A DNA stretch of 64,000 nucleotides from an uncultured Gammaproteobacteria bacterium. GTDB lineage: Bacteria > Patescibacteriota > Patescibacteriia > JAHIZJ01. Each line of letters opens with the position of its first letter. The stretch's first letter is position 1. Positions 48,555 to 57,731 of this stretch are shown piece after piece. Where the stretch lies: NCBI GenBank assembly GCA_964594455.1, contig CAZQLY010000005.1:1682-65681 (forward strand), in the 5' to 3' direction. A program made the position numbers and the translations under genes. The notes under the pieces were generated by a model. That model saw nothing but the letters and a program-made list of their open reading frames with translations, ran no database searches and was not told the DNA's origin.

Positions 48555-50355
48555 TGTTTTTCTTCTTATTGTTTCTTGATTTATTTGAAGGTTTTTTGCG
48601 GTCCTTTTTATTCATCAGGTAAACAATCATTACCAGCAAGGCGGCGCTCAGAAATAAACCCGTAGCGAGCACTAGATAAAACCCAAGCCGATTAGCCTCT
48701 GAGTTATCTGGAGCGTTGACAGGTTCATTATTGTCAGCCTTACGCAATACCAAATCACTATCCATCTCGCTAACAGACATATAGCGCGTGAGTTTGGTCA
48801 AAAAGTACTTATTTTTTGTTACATCTATCCAGGATTGTAATTTTTCGTCAAAAGCTAAGTCCCTGACTTCATCGGCTGTCAACCAGCCTGCATAGGAGGT
48901 ATCAAAGCCCGGCAGAGTATATTTATTGTCTGTAATAACATACAAAACCAGATACATGGAAGTCGGAATAGAGATGCTGTGTTCATAATCAGCTTTTGTT
49001 GTTTGCGAGATATATGTGAATAATCCTGTCTCTCCGCCCAACCTGGTATATTGAAGGTTTTTTTCAAAAGACGCTGACCACAGCAAAGAATCATAAAGAG
49101 CATAGGACCCCTGGCTATAGCTTTCAGCTATTTGAGCGGCAGTCAATGGCTCCTGGAAAACGGCCAGCTCATCAATGGAACCATTCAAGGAGCTAAGAGT
49201 TAAATTAAGACCATCTTGACCGATATATATAATTCCATCACTCAATGGACTGATTGCACCCGTGGCTTGAGCCTCATTTAAGCTAGATTGATCCGTTGTT
49301 GTTAATACACCACCATCAAAATAAAACTGCGGAGCCGAACCTTCGCTCCAGGTAACAGCTATATGATGCCAGCCATCGCTTCCAGATTCTTCAATATTCG
49401 CATCCCAACGAACTGTGGTGCTATCAACAGCTACTGTCTTGAATTGAAGGGTTGGGCCCCAAGAATTTATTGATAGGGCCTCTTGGCCATCAGCCCCGAC
49501 TACACTGAAATAATTACTAGGCTCAGCATAACTGTCTAGCTCGACATCTTTTACCCAAAAAGCTACGGTGCCTTTTTGGGCATTGAAATTGTTGGTCAAA
49601 GGCAACGAAACGATATCAGACTTGCTCAAAGACGCCGCATATCCAGAATGCCCGGTGATATATTTGGGTGCGCTTTTTACTGATTTCTCACTGGGGTCAT
49701 AATAACTCATCGCACCAGTAAGCTTCATGGGATAAACTATCTGATCAGTCTCAAACGCTATCTCTACTGGCGTGGCATGACCACTCTTCAGATCTTCAGA
49801 AACCATATCAGTCAACTCATCTGTCGCTATTTTCATAGCCACAAAGTACCAGTCGTTTTCCGTATAACTTTCCAGCAATCTATCAGCAGCGCTGGGATAG
49901 TTATAATCGTTCTGAGTGAGCCAATCTGACAGTGCAGTGGCGCTTCCAGCTTGAAGGGTCGTAACTTCATAATAATCTATTTTTTGCGTTTCGATGACTG
50001 ATACGCCTTGGTAATCCACTTCTGTCTTTTCTAAACGACCAGCTGAGTCATTCAAATCATAATAATAATCAGAAGTTAATTCCTCTAAAGAAGTAAAAAG
50101 CTCCTCAGATGATTTTGCCACTTCTGGCTGGCTAGGTACTGGAACCAGCCAACCAAAGTCTTCGGCATCACCTTCAAAACCGATGGAAATAACCAATGTT
50201 TCAACACCGTTCTCATAAAAAATAACAGCCTCCTGCCCTGTCTCATACATATTGTAGTCATACGGCGGCACTATCAACCCATCTGCTAAAACAGCAGTCG
50301 GAATGACTACCAAAGAAATTGCTACCACTAAGGCAAATCTTCTAAATAGTTTCAT
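48544..50355 (-). CDS. DUF2330-like surface protein with inserted LamG/ConA-like domain and C-terminal TM
   Basis: GQEAVI, DFGWLVPVPSQP, WYFVAMKI and YPMKLT; LamG motifs GTVAFWVK, WHHIAVTW, GSIDELAVF..PLTAAQI. Confidence 0.8.
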   Translation of the reverse strand: MKLFRRFALVVAISLVVIPTAVLADGLIVPPYDYNMYETGQEAVIFYENGVETLVISIGFEGDAEDFGWLVPVPSQPEVAKSSEELFTSLEELTSDYYYDLNDSAGRLEKTEVDYQGVSVIETQKIDYYEVTTLQAGSATALSDWLTQNDYNYPSAADRLLESYTENDWYFVAMKIATDELTDMVSEDLKSGHATPVEIAFETDQIVYPMKLTGAMSYYDPSEKSVKSAPKYITGHSGYAASLSKSDIVSLPLTNNFNAQKGTVAFWVKDVELDSYAEPSNYFSVVGADGQEALSINSWGPTLQFKTVAVDSTTVRWDANIEESGSDGWHHIAVTWSEGSAPQFYFDGGVLTTTDQSSLNEAQATGAISPLSDGIIYIGQDGLNLTLSSLNGSIDELAVFQEPLTAAQIAESYSQGSYALYDSLLWSASFEKNLQYTRLGGETGLFTYISQTTKADYEHSISIPTSMYLVLYVITDNKYTLPGFDTSYAGWLTADEVRDLAFDEKLQSWIDVTKNKYFLTKLTRYMSVSEMDSDLVLRKADNNEPVNAPDNSEANRLGFYLVLATGLFLSAALLVMIVYLMNKKDRKKPSNKSRNNKKKNNGQ

Positions 50356-50675
50356 TTTTTATTCCTCCGTTCTTTAATATGCAAGGGCAATAATTGTTGC
50401 TGACCTTGTAATTTTTTGGCCAAACGACGACCCATAGGTGTCAGCTTTACTTCTCTGATAAACCACTTATGAGGCGTCCGCCGGCCAAACCCGATCATTA
50501 ATTCTTTATCTATTAAACGTTCCAAACTTTTTGTAATGATGTTTTGCTGGTCCCCTTTTTTTGGTTTTTTTGATTGGGAATTATAAAACCTGTTGATTCC
50601 CTGGCGTGAATATACTTTTTCCTTACTAGTATAAACCTCTACTAGGATAAATTTTTGAAGCGGCGAAAGCCTCAT
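50352..50675 (-). CDS. Small basic hypothetical protein, possibly winged-HTH
   Basis: LSPLQKFIL...SLERLIDKELM...VKLTPMGR pattern; 4-nt overlaps with both neighbours. Confidence 0.65.
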   Translation of the reverse strand: MRLSPLQKFILVEVYTSKEKVYSRQGINRFYNSQSKKPKKGDQQNIITKSLERLIDKELMIGFGRRTPHKWFIREVKLTPMGRRLAKKLQGQQQLLPLHIKERRNKK

Positions 50676-52090
50676 TCTGGTTTATCAATTTTGATGCCTA
50701 ACTCCCTGAGCTGAGCTGGTTTTACTTTTGAGGGAGCTCCCATCATCGGGTCACGAGCCTCGCTGGTCATAGGAAAGGCGATCATTTCTTTTACACTTGG
50801 TTCATTCAAGATTGCCATCAGCAAACGCTCTATACCTGGTGCGATTCCACCGTGGGGAGGAACTCCATAAGTAAAGGCGGTTAAAAGATGGCGAAACTGC
50901 TTTTTCTGATCTTTGTCAAAACCGATTATGTCAAAAACTTTTTCTTGAACCTCTGGCTGATGAATTCTGATGCTGCCGCCGCCCACTTCTAAGCCGTTAA
51001 GAACCAAATCGTGCTGATAGGAGCGAACTTTGGCTGGATCGCTGTCTAACAAAGGAATATCTTCCTCTTTTGGAGCAGTAAACATATGATGGCTCGGCGC
51101 CAGTTGGGATTCACCTGCCCCGTGGAAATAATCATCTTTGGTTTGCTTGACGAACAGTGGGAAATCTATCACCCAAGCAAAAGCTAATTCATTTTTATCG
51201 TTTTTATTCTTTCTTAAGTCAGGCTTATCTGAATTATGCTTCTTCATCGCTTCAGTATGAGTCAACCGCGGCCAAGGTATCTGGGTAATCTTTTTTTCAG
51301 GAAAAATCTGCTTGACCATTTCCGTAAACATTTGTTCGACCAGCTGCAAGATATCTTCTTGGGTCACAAAAGCCATTTCAATATCCAGCTGATAAAACTC
51401 ACCGGGACTGCGATCAGCTCGCGCCGCCTCATCTCTAAAGCACGGTGCTATTTGAAAATACCTTTCAAAACCAGCTACCATTAATAACTGCTTGTACTGT
51501 TGAGGTGATTGAGGTAAGGCAAAGAACTTTCCTTTGTGAACCCGTGATGGCACTAAAAAGTCACGCGCACCTTCAGGTGTTGATTTAGACAAAATCGGAG
51601 TTTGGATTTCGACAAACCCTTGCTGGCTCAGCTGATCCCGAAAGAATTGCGTCATCTGATGGCGCTTGGTAATATTATTCTTCATCCTTTCGTGACGGAG
51701 ATCCAAGTAGCGATGTTTCAATCTTAATTCTTCTGAGGCTTGGCGCTCTTCGTTGACTATTTCAAACGGCGGTGTTTTTGATTCGCTGATAATTGATAAT
51801 TCTTCAGCATTAACTTCAACCTTGCCGGTCAGCAAATTGGAATTAACATTCTTTTTATCGCGTTCGACAACTTTGCCCGTGACAGTAATAACAAACTCTG
51901 GCCTGACTTTTCTGGCCTGTTCATAAGCTCCCTTGGTATCAGGTGAGCACACTACCTGGAGTAAACCATCTTTATCTCTTAAATCTATAAAGACTATCTT
52001 ACCCAACCGGCGCACGGTATGAGCCCAACCGGAAAAAACGGCTGACTTACCGACTAACTTATTGGCTTCACTGGAAAATACTCTTTTCAT
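50672..52090 (-). CDS. aspS: Aspartate--tRNA ligase, short form lacking the GAD insertion domain
   Basis: STPEGARDF, ALPQSPQQYKQLLM, CFRDE, GGGSIRIH and PPHGGIAPG motifs; only 472 aa. Confidence 0.95.
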   Translation of the reverse strand: MKRVFSSEANKLVGKSAVFSGWAHTVRRLGKIVFIDLRDKDGLLQVVCSPDTKGAYEQARKVRPEFVITVTGKVVERDKKNVNSNLLTGKVEVNAEELSIISESKTPPFEIVNEERQASEELRLKHRYLDLRHERMKNNITKRHQMTQFFRDQLSQQGFVEIQTPILSKSTPEGARDFLVPSRVHKGKFFALPQSPQQYKQLLMVAGFERYFQIAPCFRDEAARADRSPGEFYQLDIEMAFVTQEDILQLVEQMFTEMVKQIFPEKKITQIPWPRLTHTEAMKKHNSDKPDLRKNKNDKNELAFAWVIDFPLFVKQTKDDYFHGAGESQLAPSHHMFTAPKEEDIPLLDSDPAKVRSYQHDLVLNGLEVGGGSIRIHQPEVQEKVFDIIGFDKDQKKQFRHLLTAFTYGVPPHGGIAPGIERLLMAILNEPSVKEMIAFPMTSEARDPMMGAPSKVKPAQLRELGIKIDKPE

Positions 52091-53382
52091 TATGGATGAA
52101 TTCGATTTATTAATCGTGGAAAAGGAATGGTTTCTCTAACGTGGTCAAGGCCGCAAATCCAGGCTACGGTTCTTTCAATGCCTATTCCAAATCCTGAATG
52201 CGGGAATGAGCCATAGCGCCGAAGGTCTAAATACCACTCGAAATCTTGGCGCGGAAGCTTGTGCTCTTTGATCCTTTTTTCTAATAATTCTAAATTATCT
52301 ATTCGCTGAGAACCACCAATTATCTCGCCATATCCTTCAGGAGCTATCATGTCGTCATTCAGAACCAAATCTGGGTTTTCAGGGTCTGGTTGCATATAAA
52401 AAGCTTTTATCTTGGCCGGATAGTTGGTTATGAAAACTGGCTTGTCATATTGCTTGGACAGTACTGTTTCTTCGTCACCACCGAAATCATCCCCCATTTT
52501 TACTTTCATCCCGGCTTTTTGTAATTTTTCTATCGCTCCTTTATAAGTTATGCGGTTAAATGGGGCTTTGATTTTTTGCAATGGTTTAATATCACGTTCT
52601 AATGTTTCTAAATCATTCTGGCTTTCTTTTAAGACATTCTGGATTACATAGCTGATCATATCTTCTTGAATTTTCAGATTGCCTTCGTGATCCACAAAAG
52701 CCGCTTCAGCATCCAACATCCAGAATTCAGTCAGATGACGCCTAGTCTTTGACTTCTCAGAACGAAATGTCGGACCGAAATCGTATACCCTGCCCAAAGC
52801 TGCGGCCGTAGCTTCAATATACAACTGTCCGGATTGGGCTAGATACGCTTGAGTATTAAAATAATCTGTTTGAAAAAGCGTGGTCGTACCCTCACAAGAA
52901 GTCGGAGTTAGAATCGGCGAATCGGTTAAGACAAACCCATTCTCCTTAAAAAACTTGCGCAGCTGCCAGATTACTTCATCGCGAATACGCAAAATAGCTG
53001 TTTGACGCTTGGAGCGCAGCCAGAGATGACGATTATCCATCAAAAACTCAGTTCCGTGCGATTTTTTGGAGATGGGATAATCTTCGGCTATCTGAACGAC
53101 TTTAACCTCTTTGGCGTCCATTTCATAGCCAAAAGGCGAGCGTTTATCAGCCCGCGCCTGGCCCGTGATCTCGACTGAACTCTCCATAGTCATTTTTTGA
53201 CAAGCTTCCCAGGCTCCCCCTGAAACTTCTTTTTTTGAAACCACTACTTGAATCCGGCCAGTACCATCTCGAAATTGTAAAAAAAAGATACTGCCCGAGG
53301 AGCGTATGTTAAATACCCAACCTTTAAGCAGTACCTCCTTTTTTAAATTCTGCGCTATATCTGAAACTGGAATATATGACAT
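52090..53382 (-). CDS. asnS: Asparagine--tRNA ligase
   Basis: RHLWLRS, AYLAQSGQLY, GPTFRSEKSKTRRHLTEFWM and WYLDLRRYG.PHSGFG motifs. Confidence 0.96.
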   Translation of the reverse strand: MSYIPVSDIAQNLKKEVLLKGWVFNIRSSGSIFFLQFRDGTGRIQVVVSKKEVSGGAWEACQKMTMESSVEITGQARADKRSPFGYEMDAKEVKVVQIAEDYPISKKSHGTEFLMDNRHLWLRSKRQTAILRIRDEVIWQLRKFFKENGFVLTDSPILTPTSCEGTTTLFQTDYFNTQAYLAQSGQLYIEATAAALGRVYDFGPTFRSEKSKTRRHLTEFWMLDAEAAFVDHEGNLKIQEDMISYVIQNVLKESQNDLETLERDIKPLQKIKAPFNRITYKGAIEKLQKAGMKVKMGDDFGGDEETVLSKQYDKPVFITNYPAKIKAFYMQPDPENPDLVLNDDMIAPEGYGEIIGGSQRIDNLELLEKRIKEHKLPRQDFEWYLDLRRYGSFPHSGFGIGIERTVAWICGLDHVRETIPFPRLINRIHP

Positions 53383-53418
53383 TTATAGTATGTGTTAATC
53401 CACCCAATTATAGCGATT

Positions 53419-54015
53419 TTACGACTGTTTGTCAAAATCAACCCGGTGTCTATTCTTTTTCCAAAGAACGGCTATTATTACCCCAATTATAGTACCTAGT
53501 AAATTCCACATTAAGTCATCAGCTGTATCAAAAAGGTCTGTAACTCGGTGGGTTGGGAAAAAGCTATCGCCAACAAACTCTGAAATCTCATAAAGAACCG
53601 ATAAAAGCACCACTAGAGCTACCGTGACTAAGTGCCTTAACCAAACTGGCATAAATATTAATCCTCTTTTATCTAATTCATACAGAATTATCCAAACTAC
53701 AACCGCCGGAGCAATGGAACTAACACCATGAGCTAATTTGTCCCACCAAAGAATGTCACCAAATAAATGCAAGAAATTACCCATGGCATCAGCCCAAATA
53801 CTCATAGCCACCAGCCAAGATGCGATCCAGGGAAGAATGATGCCCCTTTTTTTCAGTTTCAAAAATACAATCAGATATACTCCCCCTCCCACGATGTTGG
53901 TGACCGACAAAGCTACTTGCCTGGAATAACTATCATAATGCGTAGCCAGCTCAATAACTAACAATACTACCAGAGACAAAAAAGCTACAAAAGTTAAAAT
54001 ATTATTTCTTTTCAT
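53419..54015 (-). CDS. Membrane protein, DUF2238-like (likely start MKRNN)
   Basis: WWDKLAH, YEISEF and DTADDL motifs; about 6 TMs. Confidence 0.7.
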   Translation of the reverse strand: MKRNNILTFVAFLSLVVLLVIELATHYDSYSRQVALSVTNIVGGGVYLIVFLKLKKRGIILPWIASWLVAMSIWADAMGNFLHLFGDILWWDKLAHGVSSIAPAVVVWIILYELDKRGLIFMPVWLRHLVTVALVVLLSVLYEISEFVGDSFFPTHRVTDLFDTADDLMWNLLGTIIGVIIAVLWKKNRHRVDFDKQS

Positions 54016-56683
54016 GAGGGGCATGTGTATACCTATATTTGATAATTTCAATAAAGAAGATAACTATGAACACCCCAATTCCTATTACACCCCAATGACC
54101 CAGGTTTAATGGAACCGTTTTTAAAATGTTCTGTAGGAATGGTGTGTAAATAGCAGCTAACTGCAGAAAAGCGGCTGCTACGACCGCAATGATCAGCCAT
54201 GGGTTGGTAAGTGGGTTACTTTTCAATATTGAGGTCTTAAGTGATCGACAGCTGTAGACATAAAAAAGTGAGTCTATAGCAACCAACGTAAATGTCATAG
54301 TACGCGCCAATTCTAGATCACCTTGATAATGCCAATAATAATAAAAAATAGCTAAACCCATCAAGCCAGAAATTAGACTCGTTGCAATTATTAAGGTTTT
54401 TATCTCTGAATTAATGATAGGGGCCTTACGATGAATCGGCGGTCTAGACATAACATTTTTCTCACCCGGATCAACGGTAAGTGCAATATCAGGAAATCCA
54501 TCAGTAACAAGATTTACCCAAAGAATCTGGGCAGCCAGTAACGGCAAGGGCATACCTACAATTAATGCTCCGACTATTATAACTACTTCCGAAAAGCTGT
54601 CAGAAAGTAAATATAAAACAACCTTACGGATATTTTCAAAAACCACCCTGCCTTGCCGAACAGCTGAAACTATCGTATTGAAATTATCATCCAAAATGAC
54701 AAGACTGGCGGTTTCTTTCGTAATATCAGTGCCAGAACCAATCGCTACTCCGATATCAGCCGAGCGTAAAGCCGGAGCATCGTTAACTCCGTCCCCTGTC
54801 ATGGCTACGACTTCTCCATTAGCTTGCCAGGCGTCTACTATTCTCAATTTATCTTTAGGAGTAACCCGCGCATAAACCGAAATATCTTTTACCTTTTTCT
54901 GTAGCTGTGTATTATTCAAATTTTCCAAATCGCTACCCTCAATAATATTTTCTGACTTGGCTGGCAGGCCTAATTCCTGGGCAATCGCCTGGGCAGTTAA
55001 TTTATGATCACCGGTTATCATGACAGTTTTTATGCCGGCTTTGTTACACAGTGATATAGTCTCCTTAGCTTCCTTACGAAGCGGGTCTTTAATACCCATT
55101 AAACCAACAAAAACAAAATCCTCATACAAACTTGGTTTCTCTTCAAGTTTTTTCATGTCGGCGGCCGCCGGCTTATAGGCTAGAGCAATAATTCTTAACC
55201 CCTTGTTGCTCAGATATTCATAACGTTTTTGCAATTTTTTTCGACGCTGCGAACTTAGGCTCTCAATCTTGCCGTCAATATCCACCCGATCTGACATTTC
55301 CAACACTTTCTCCGGCGCTCCTTTCATTAAAACTATATTATGGGTTTTTGTGTCCTTATGCAGTGTCATCATAAACTTGCGCTCAGAATTAAACTGTATC
55401 GTATCTATTCTGGGTTTAACTTTTTCCAAATTGCTCCGGTTAAGACCAAAAGTACTGCCCGCTAGAATTAACGCTTTTTCCGTTGGGTTGCCAAAAATTA
55501 CCCAGTTTTTCAAATCACTGTATTCATTTTCGATATGTGCGTCATTGCACAATACACCAATCTCCAATGCACGCATATAACTAGCGTGCTGGCTGATCTC
55601 TTTTATATGCGTTTTAAACTTGTCCGAATCTGTATCAAAATCCTGGTTATTAGTTATGATCCGAGCAACTCTCATAGAGCCTTCAGTCAACGTCCCTGTT
55701 TTATCGGTACAGATGACTGTGGTCGAACCCAGTGTTTCAGCCGCCACTAATTTTCTAACTAGCCCCTTGCGTTTTAGTATCCGTTGCATACCAATAGCTA
55801 AAATAACAGTAACGCCCACGGCTAAACCTTCAGGTATCGCAGCAACTGCAATGGCCACAGATGTGGTGAACATTTCAGTGAATCCATGATTAGTTAACAT
55901 TCCGACACCAAAAATAACCAGGCTGATTAATAAAATAAAACCGCCCAGAAACTTACTCATAGATGACAAGCGCTTCTGTAAGGGGGTTTGCTCCTCCTTA
56001 GTTTCTTTGATTAATTGGGCAATCTTACCCAGCTCAGTTTCAATGCCAATATGGCAAACAACTCCCCTAGCCTGACCGCTTACCACGGTGGTACCCATAA
56101 AAGCCATGTTTACCCGATCAGCTAAAACTAATTCATCGGTGAGTGTTTTAGCGTCTTTGGAAACAGGGTGCGACTCTCCTGTTAGCCTAGCTTCATTAAT
56201 CTGCAGATTTGCGGATTCTAATAAACGAACATCAGCGGGCACCTTATCACCCGGCTCTAATGATATAACATCTCCTGGAACCAGGCCTTTGATATTAACG
56301 GATTTTTCTTCACCATCACGGATAACAAGTGCATTAAAATGCACTATTTTTTTTAGTTTTTCCATGGCTCGCATTGCCCGGTTTTCCTGAATAAAGCCAA
56401 CTATTATATTAATTACCACCGCAGCTAATATTACATACATGTCAACGTGGTCATCTAGCAATAAACTTATTCCAGCTGCAAAAAGTAAAATATAAACTAG
56501 AGGGCTGTTAAACTGCCTTAAAAACAAAATAATCCGGGAAGCCTTTTGCTTCTCTGGCAATGAGTTCGGTCCATACTTTTCCTGTCGAGCTTTTACTTCC
56601 TTTTCGGTCAAGCCAGTTTTTCTGGTCTTAAGAAGCTCAAAGACTTTTGTTTGATTTAGGTTGTACCAGGCCTGGGTTGTCAT
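54002..56683 (-). CDS. P-type cation-transporting ATPase (type IIA, Ca2+-like)
   Basis: TGES, IPEGL, DKTGTLT, KGAPE, MITGD and TGDGVNDAPAL motifs. Confidence 0.95.
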   Translation of the reverse strand: MTTQAWYNLNQTKVFELLKTRKTGLTEKEVKARQEKYGPNSLPEKQKASRIILFLRQFNSPLVYILLFAAGISLLLDDHVDMYVILAAVVINIIVGFIQENRAMRAMEKLKKIVHFNALVIRDGEEKSVNIKGLVPGDVISLEPGDKVPADVRLLESANLQINEARLTGESHPVSKDAKTLTDELVLADRVNMAFMGTTVVSGQARGVVCHIGIETELGKIAQLIKETKEEQTPLQKRLSSMSKFLGGFILLISLVIFGVGMLTNHGFTEMFTTSVAIAVAAIPEGLAVGVTVILAIGMQRILKRKGLVRKLVAAETLGSTTVICTDKTGTLTEGSMRVARIITNNQDFDTDSDKFKTHIKEISQHASYMRALEIGVLCNDAHIENEYSDLKNWVIFGNPTEKALILAGSTFGLNRSNLEKVKPRIDTIQFNSERKFMMTLHKDTKTHNIVLMKGAPEKVLEMSDRVDIDGKIESLSSQRRKKLQKRYEYLSNKGLRIIALAYKPAAADMKKLEEKPSLYEDFVFVGLMGIKDPLRKEAKETISLCNKAGIKTVMITGDHKLTAQAIAQELGLPAKSENIIEGSDLENLNNTQLQKKVKDISVYARVTPKDKLRIVDAWQANGEVVAMTGDGVNDAPALRSADIGVAIGSGTDITKETASLVILDDNFNTIVSAVRQGRVVFENIRKVVLYLLSDSFSEVVIIVGALIVGMPLPLLAAQILWVNLVTDGFPDIALTVDPGEKNVMSRPPIHRKAPIINSEIKTLIIATSLISGLMGLAIFYYYWHYQGDLELARTMTFTLVAIDSLFYVYSCRSLKTSILKSNPLTNPWLIIAVVAAAFLQLAAIYTPFLQNILKTVPLNLGHWGVIGIGVFIVIFFIEIIKYRYTHAPHEKK

Positions 56684-56731
56684 AGCTTTTTTATTATACC
56701 AAAATATTGCCTTTCTTTCAATTATAGGCTC

Positions 56732-56760
56732 TTGCCAAATAATATTTATTCTGCTAGTAT
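56732..56760 (+). promoter_or_regulatory. Sigma70 promoter of the tRNA-Lys/GIY-YIG locus
   Basis: TTGCCA-N17-TAGTAT with extended TG. Confidence 0.65.
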
Positions 56761-56773
56761 AGGAAAAGTTTCA

Positions 56774-56838
56774 AACACGCGCCGTTAGCTCAGTTGGCCC
56801 GCCTCGCCGAGACGGCAAGTCGAGGCGGGTAGAGCAGT
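56774..56838 (+). pseudogene. Duplicated 5' fragment of tRNA-Lys (5-nt leader + nt 1-28) interrupted by a hairpin element
   Basis: AACACGCGCCGTTAGCTCAGTTGG[insert]TAGAGCAGT is identical to 57088-57120. Confidence 0.9.
56798..56829 (+). repeat. 32-bp hairpin element inserted after the D-loop GG
   Basis: CCCGCCTCGCCGAGACGGCAAGTCGAGGCGGG; precise removal restores the tRNA sequence. Confidence 0.93.
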
Positions 56839-56844
56839 TATTAA

Positions 56845-57102
56845 ATGATTGCTACTTACATACTGTTTAGCCAAAAAGACAGAAAAACATACGTCGGGTA
56901 TTCTTGTAATTTAACAGATAGGTTAAGAAATCATAGACTGGGACTAGTCTCAGCAACTAGAAATAGACGACCGTTGTCGCTTATAGCTTATCGACCTGCT
57001 AGTAATATCGAAGACGCAAGAAAAATAGAAAAATATTGGAAAACAGCGTCAGGGCGCAGATTCCTTAAAAAAATACTTATAGATATCAACACGCGCCGTT
57101 AG
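56845..57102 (+). CDS. Small stand-alone GIY-YIG nuclease family protein
   Basis: TYIL...TYVGYS.NL..RL..H..G....T..RRP...A...EKYWK...GR; the stop codon lies inside the tRNA-Lys 5' end. Confidence 0.9.
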   Translation: MIATYILFSQKDRKTYVGYSCNLTDRLRNHRLGLVSATRNRRPLSLIAYRPASNIEDARKIEKYWKTASGRRFLKKILIDINTRR

Positions 57103-57168
57103 CTCAGTTGGTAGAGCAGTGGCCTTTTAAGCCAACGGTCGGGGGTTCGAATCCCTCACGGCGCACCA
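57093..57168 (+). tRNA. tRNA-Lys(UUU)
   Basis: GCGCCGT TA GCTC AGTTGGTA GAGC A GTGGC CTTTTAA GCCAA CGGTC GGGGG TTCGAAT CCCTC ACGGCGC A CCA. Confidence 0.95.
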
Positions 57169-57233
57169 GTAAAAAACGCCATTGGGGCGTGTTTTTATTT
57201 GACTAGAATCCCCATCTAAGTCATCATTAAAGT

Positions 57234-57731
57234 ATGGAAGAAATAACCATAAAACAGCTAGAAGAAAAAGCTCAAGAATTGCAGAACGCTGAAAAACGCT
57301 GGCATTTTCATATGCTGACTCCAGACTGTTTGTTTAACGAAAGTAATGACAAACATGCACTTGTAATAGAAGATACTACCGATGACCAGCAATATGTTGC
57401 TTATTCCAAAAACAGAGAGTTTGCGCTTGGTAAAAAGCTGCTCAAACTTCTTCATGGCGGCAAAGTTTTAACTAAATCAAAAAAACCATCCACTATAGAA
57501 AACCCGAACTTGCAGAAATTGATTGACCGAGCAAAGGATATAAATAAAAAGGGCCTACCCTGGCACCATCACGTTTTGTTCCCTGATTGTCAGTATAACG
57601 ACCGAGTAGGTCAATGGAATATAGTCATGGAGGATAAGGAGAAAGGCGAGCTGCTTGAGGCTTCATATGATTTAGAGCCAACCAACGATCAGAATATCAT
57701 CGAACAACTTTTCTACGATCAAAAAGAATAA
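57234..57731 (+). CDS. Hypothetical protein with tandem His/Cys-motif domain duplication
   Basis: WHFHMLTPDCLFN...LVIED and WHHHVLFPDCQYN...IVMED. Confidence 0.75.
   Translation: MEEITIKQLEEKAQELQNAEKRWHFHMLTPDCLFNESNDKHALVIEDTTDDQQYVAYSKNREFALGKKLLKLLHGGKVLTKSKKPSTIENPNLQKLIDRAKDINKKGLPWHHHVLFPDCQYNDRVGQWNIVMEDKEKGELLEASYDLEPTNDQNIIEQLFYDQKE

Noticed and set aside
56839-57092. GIY-YIG gene as the homing endonuclease of a group I intron in tRNA-Lys
   Set aside because: The ORF fills nearly the entire interval, leaving no room for a ribozyme core, and the downstream tRNA is already complete.
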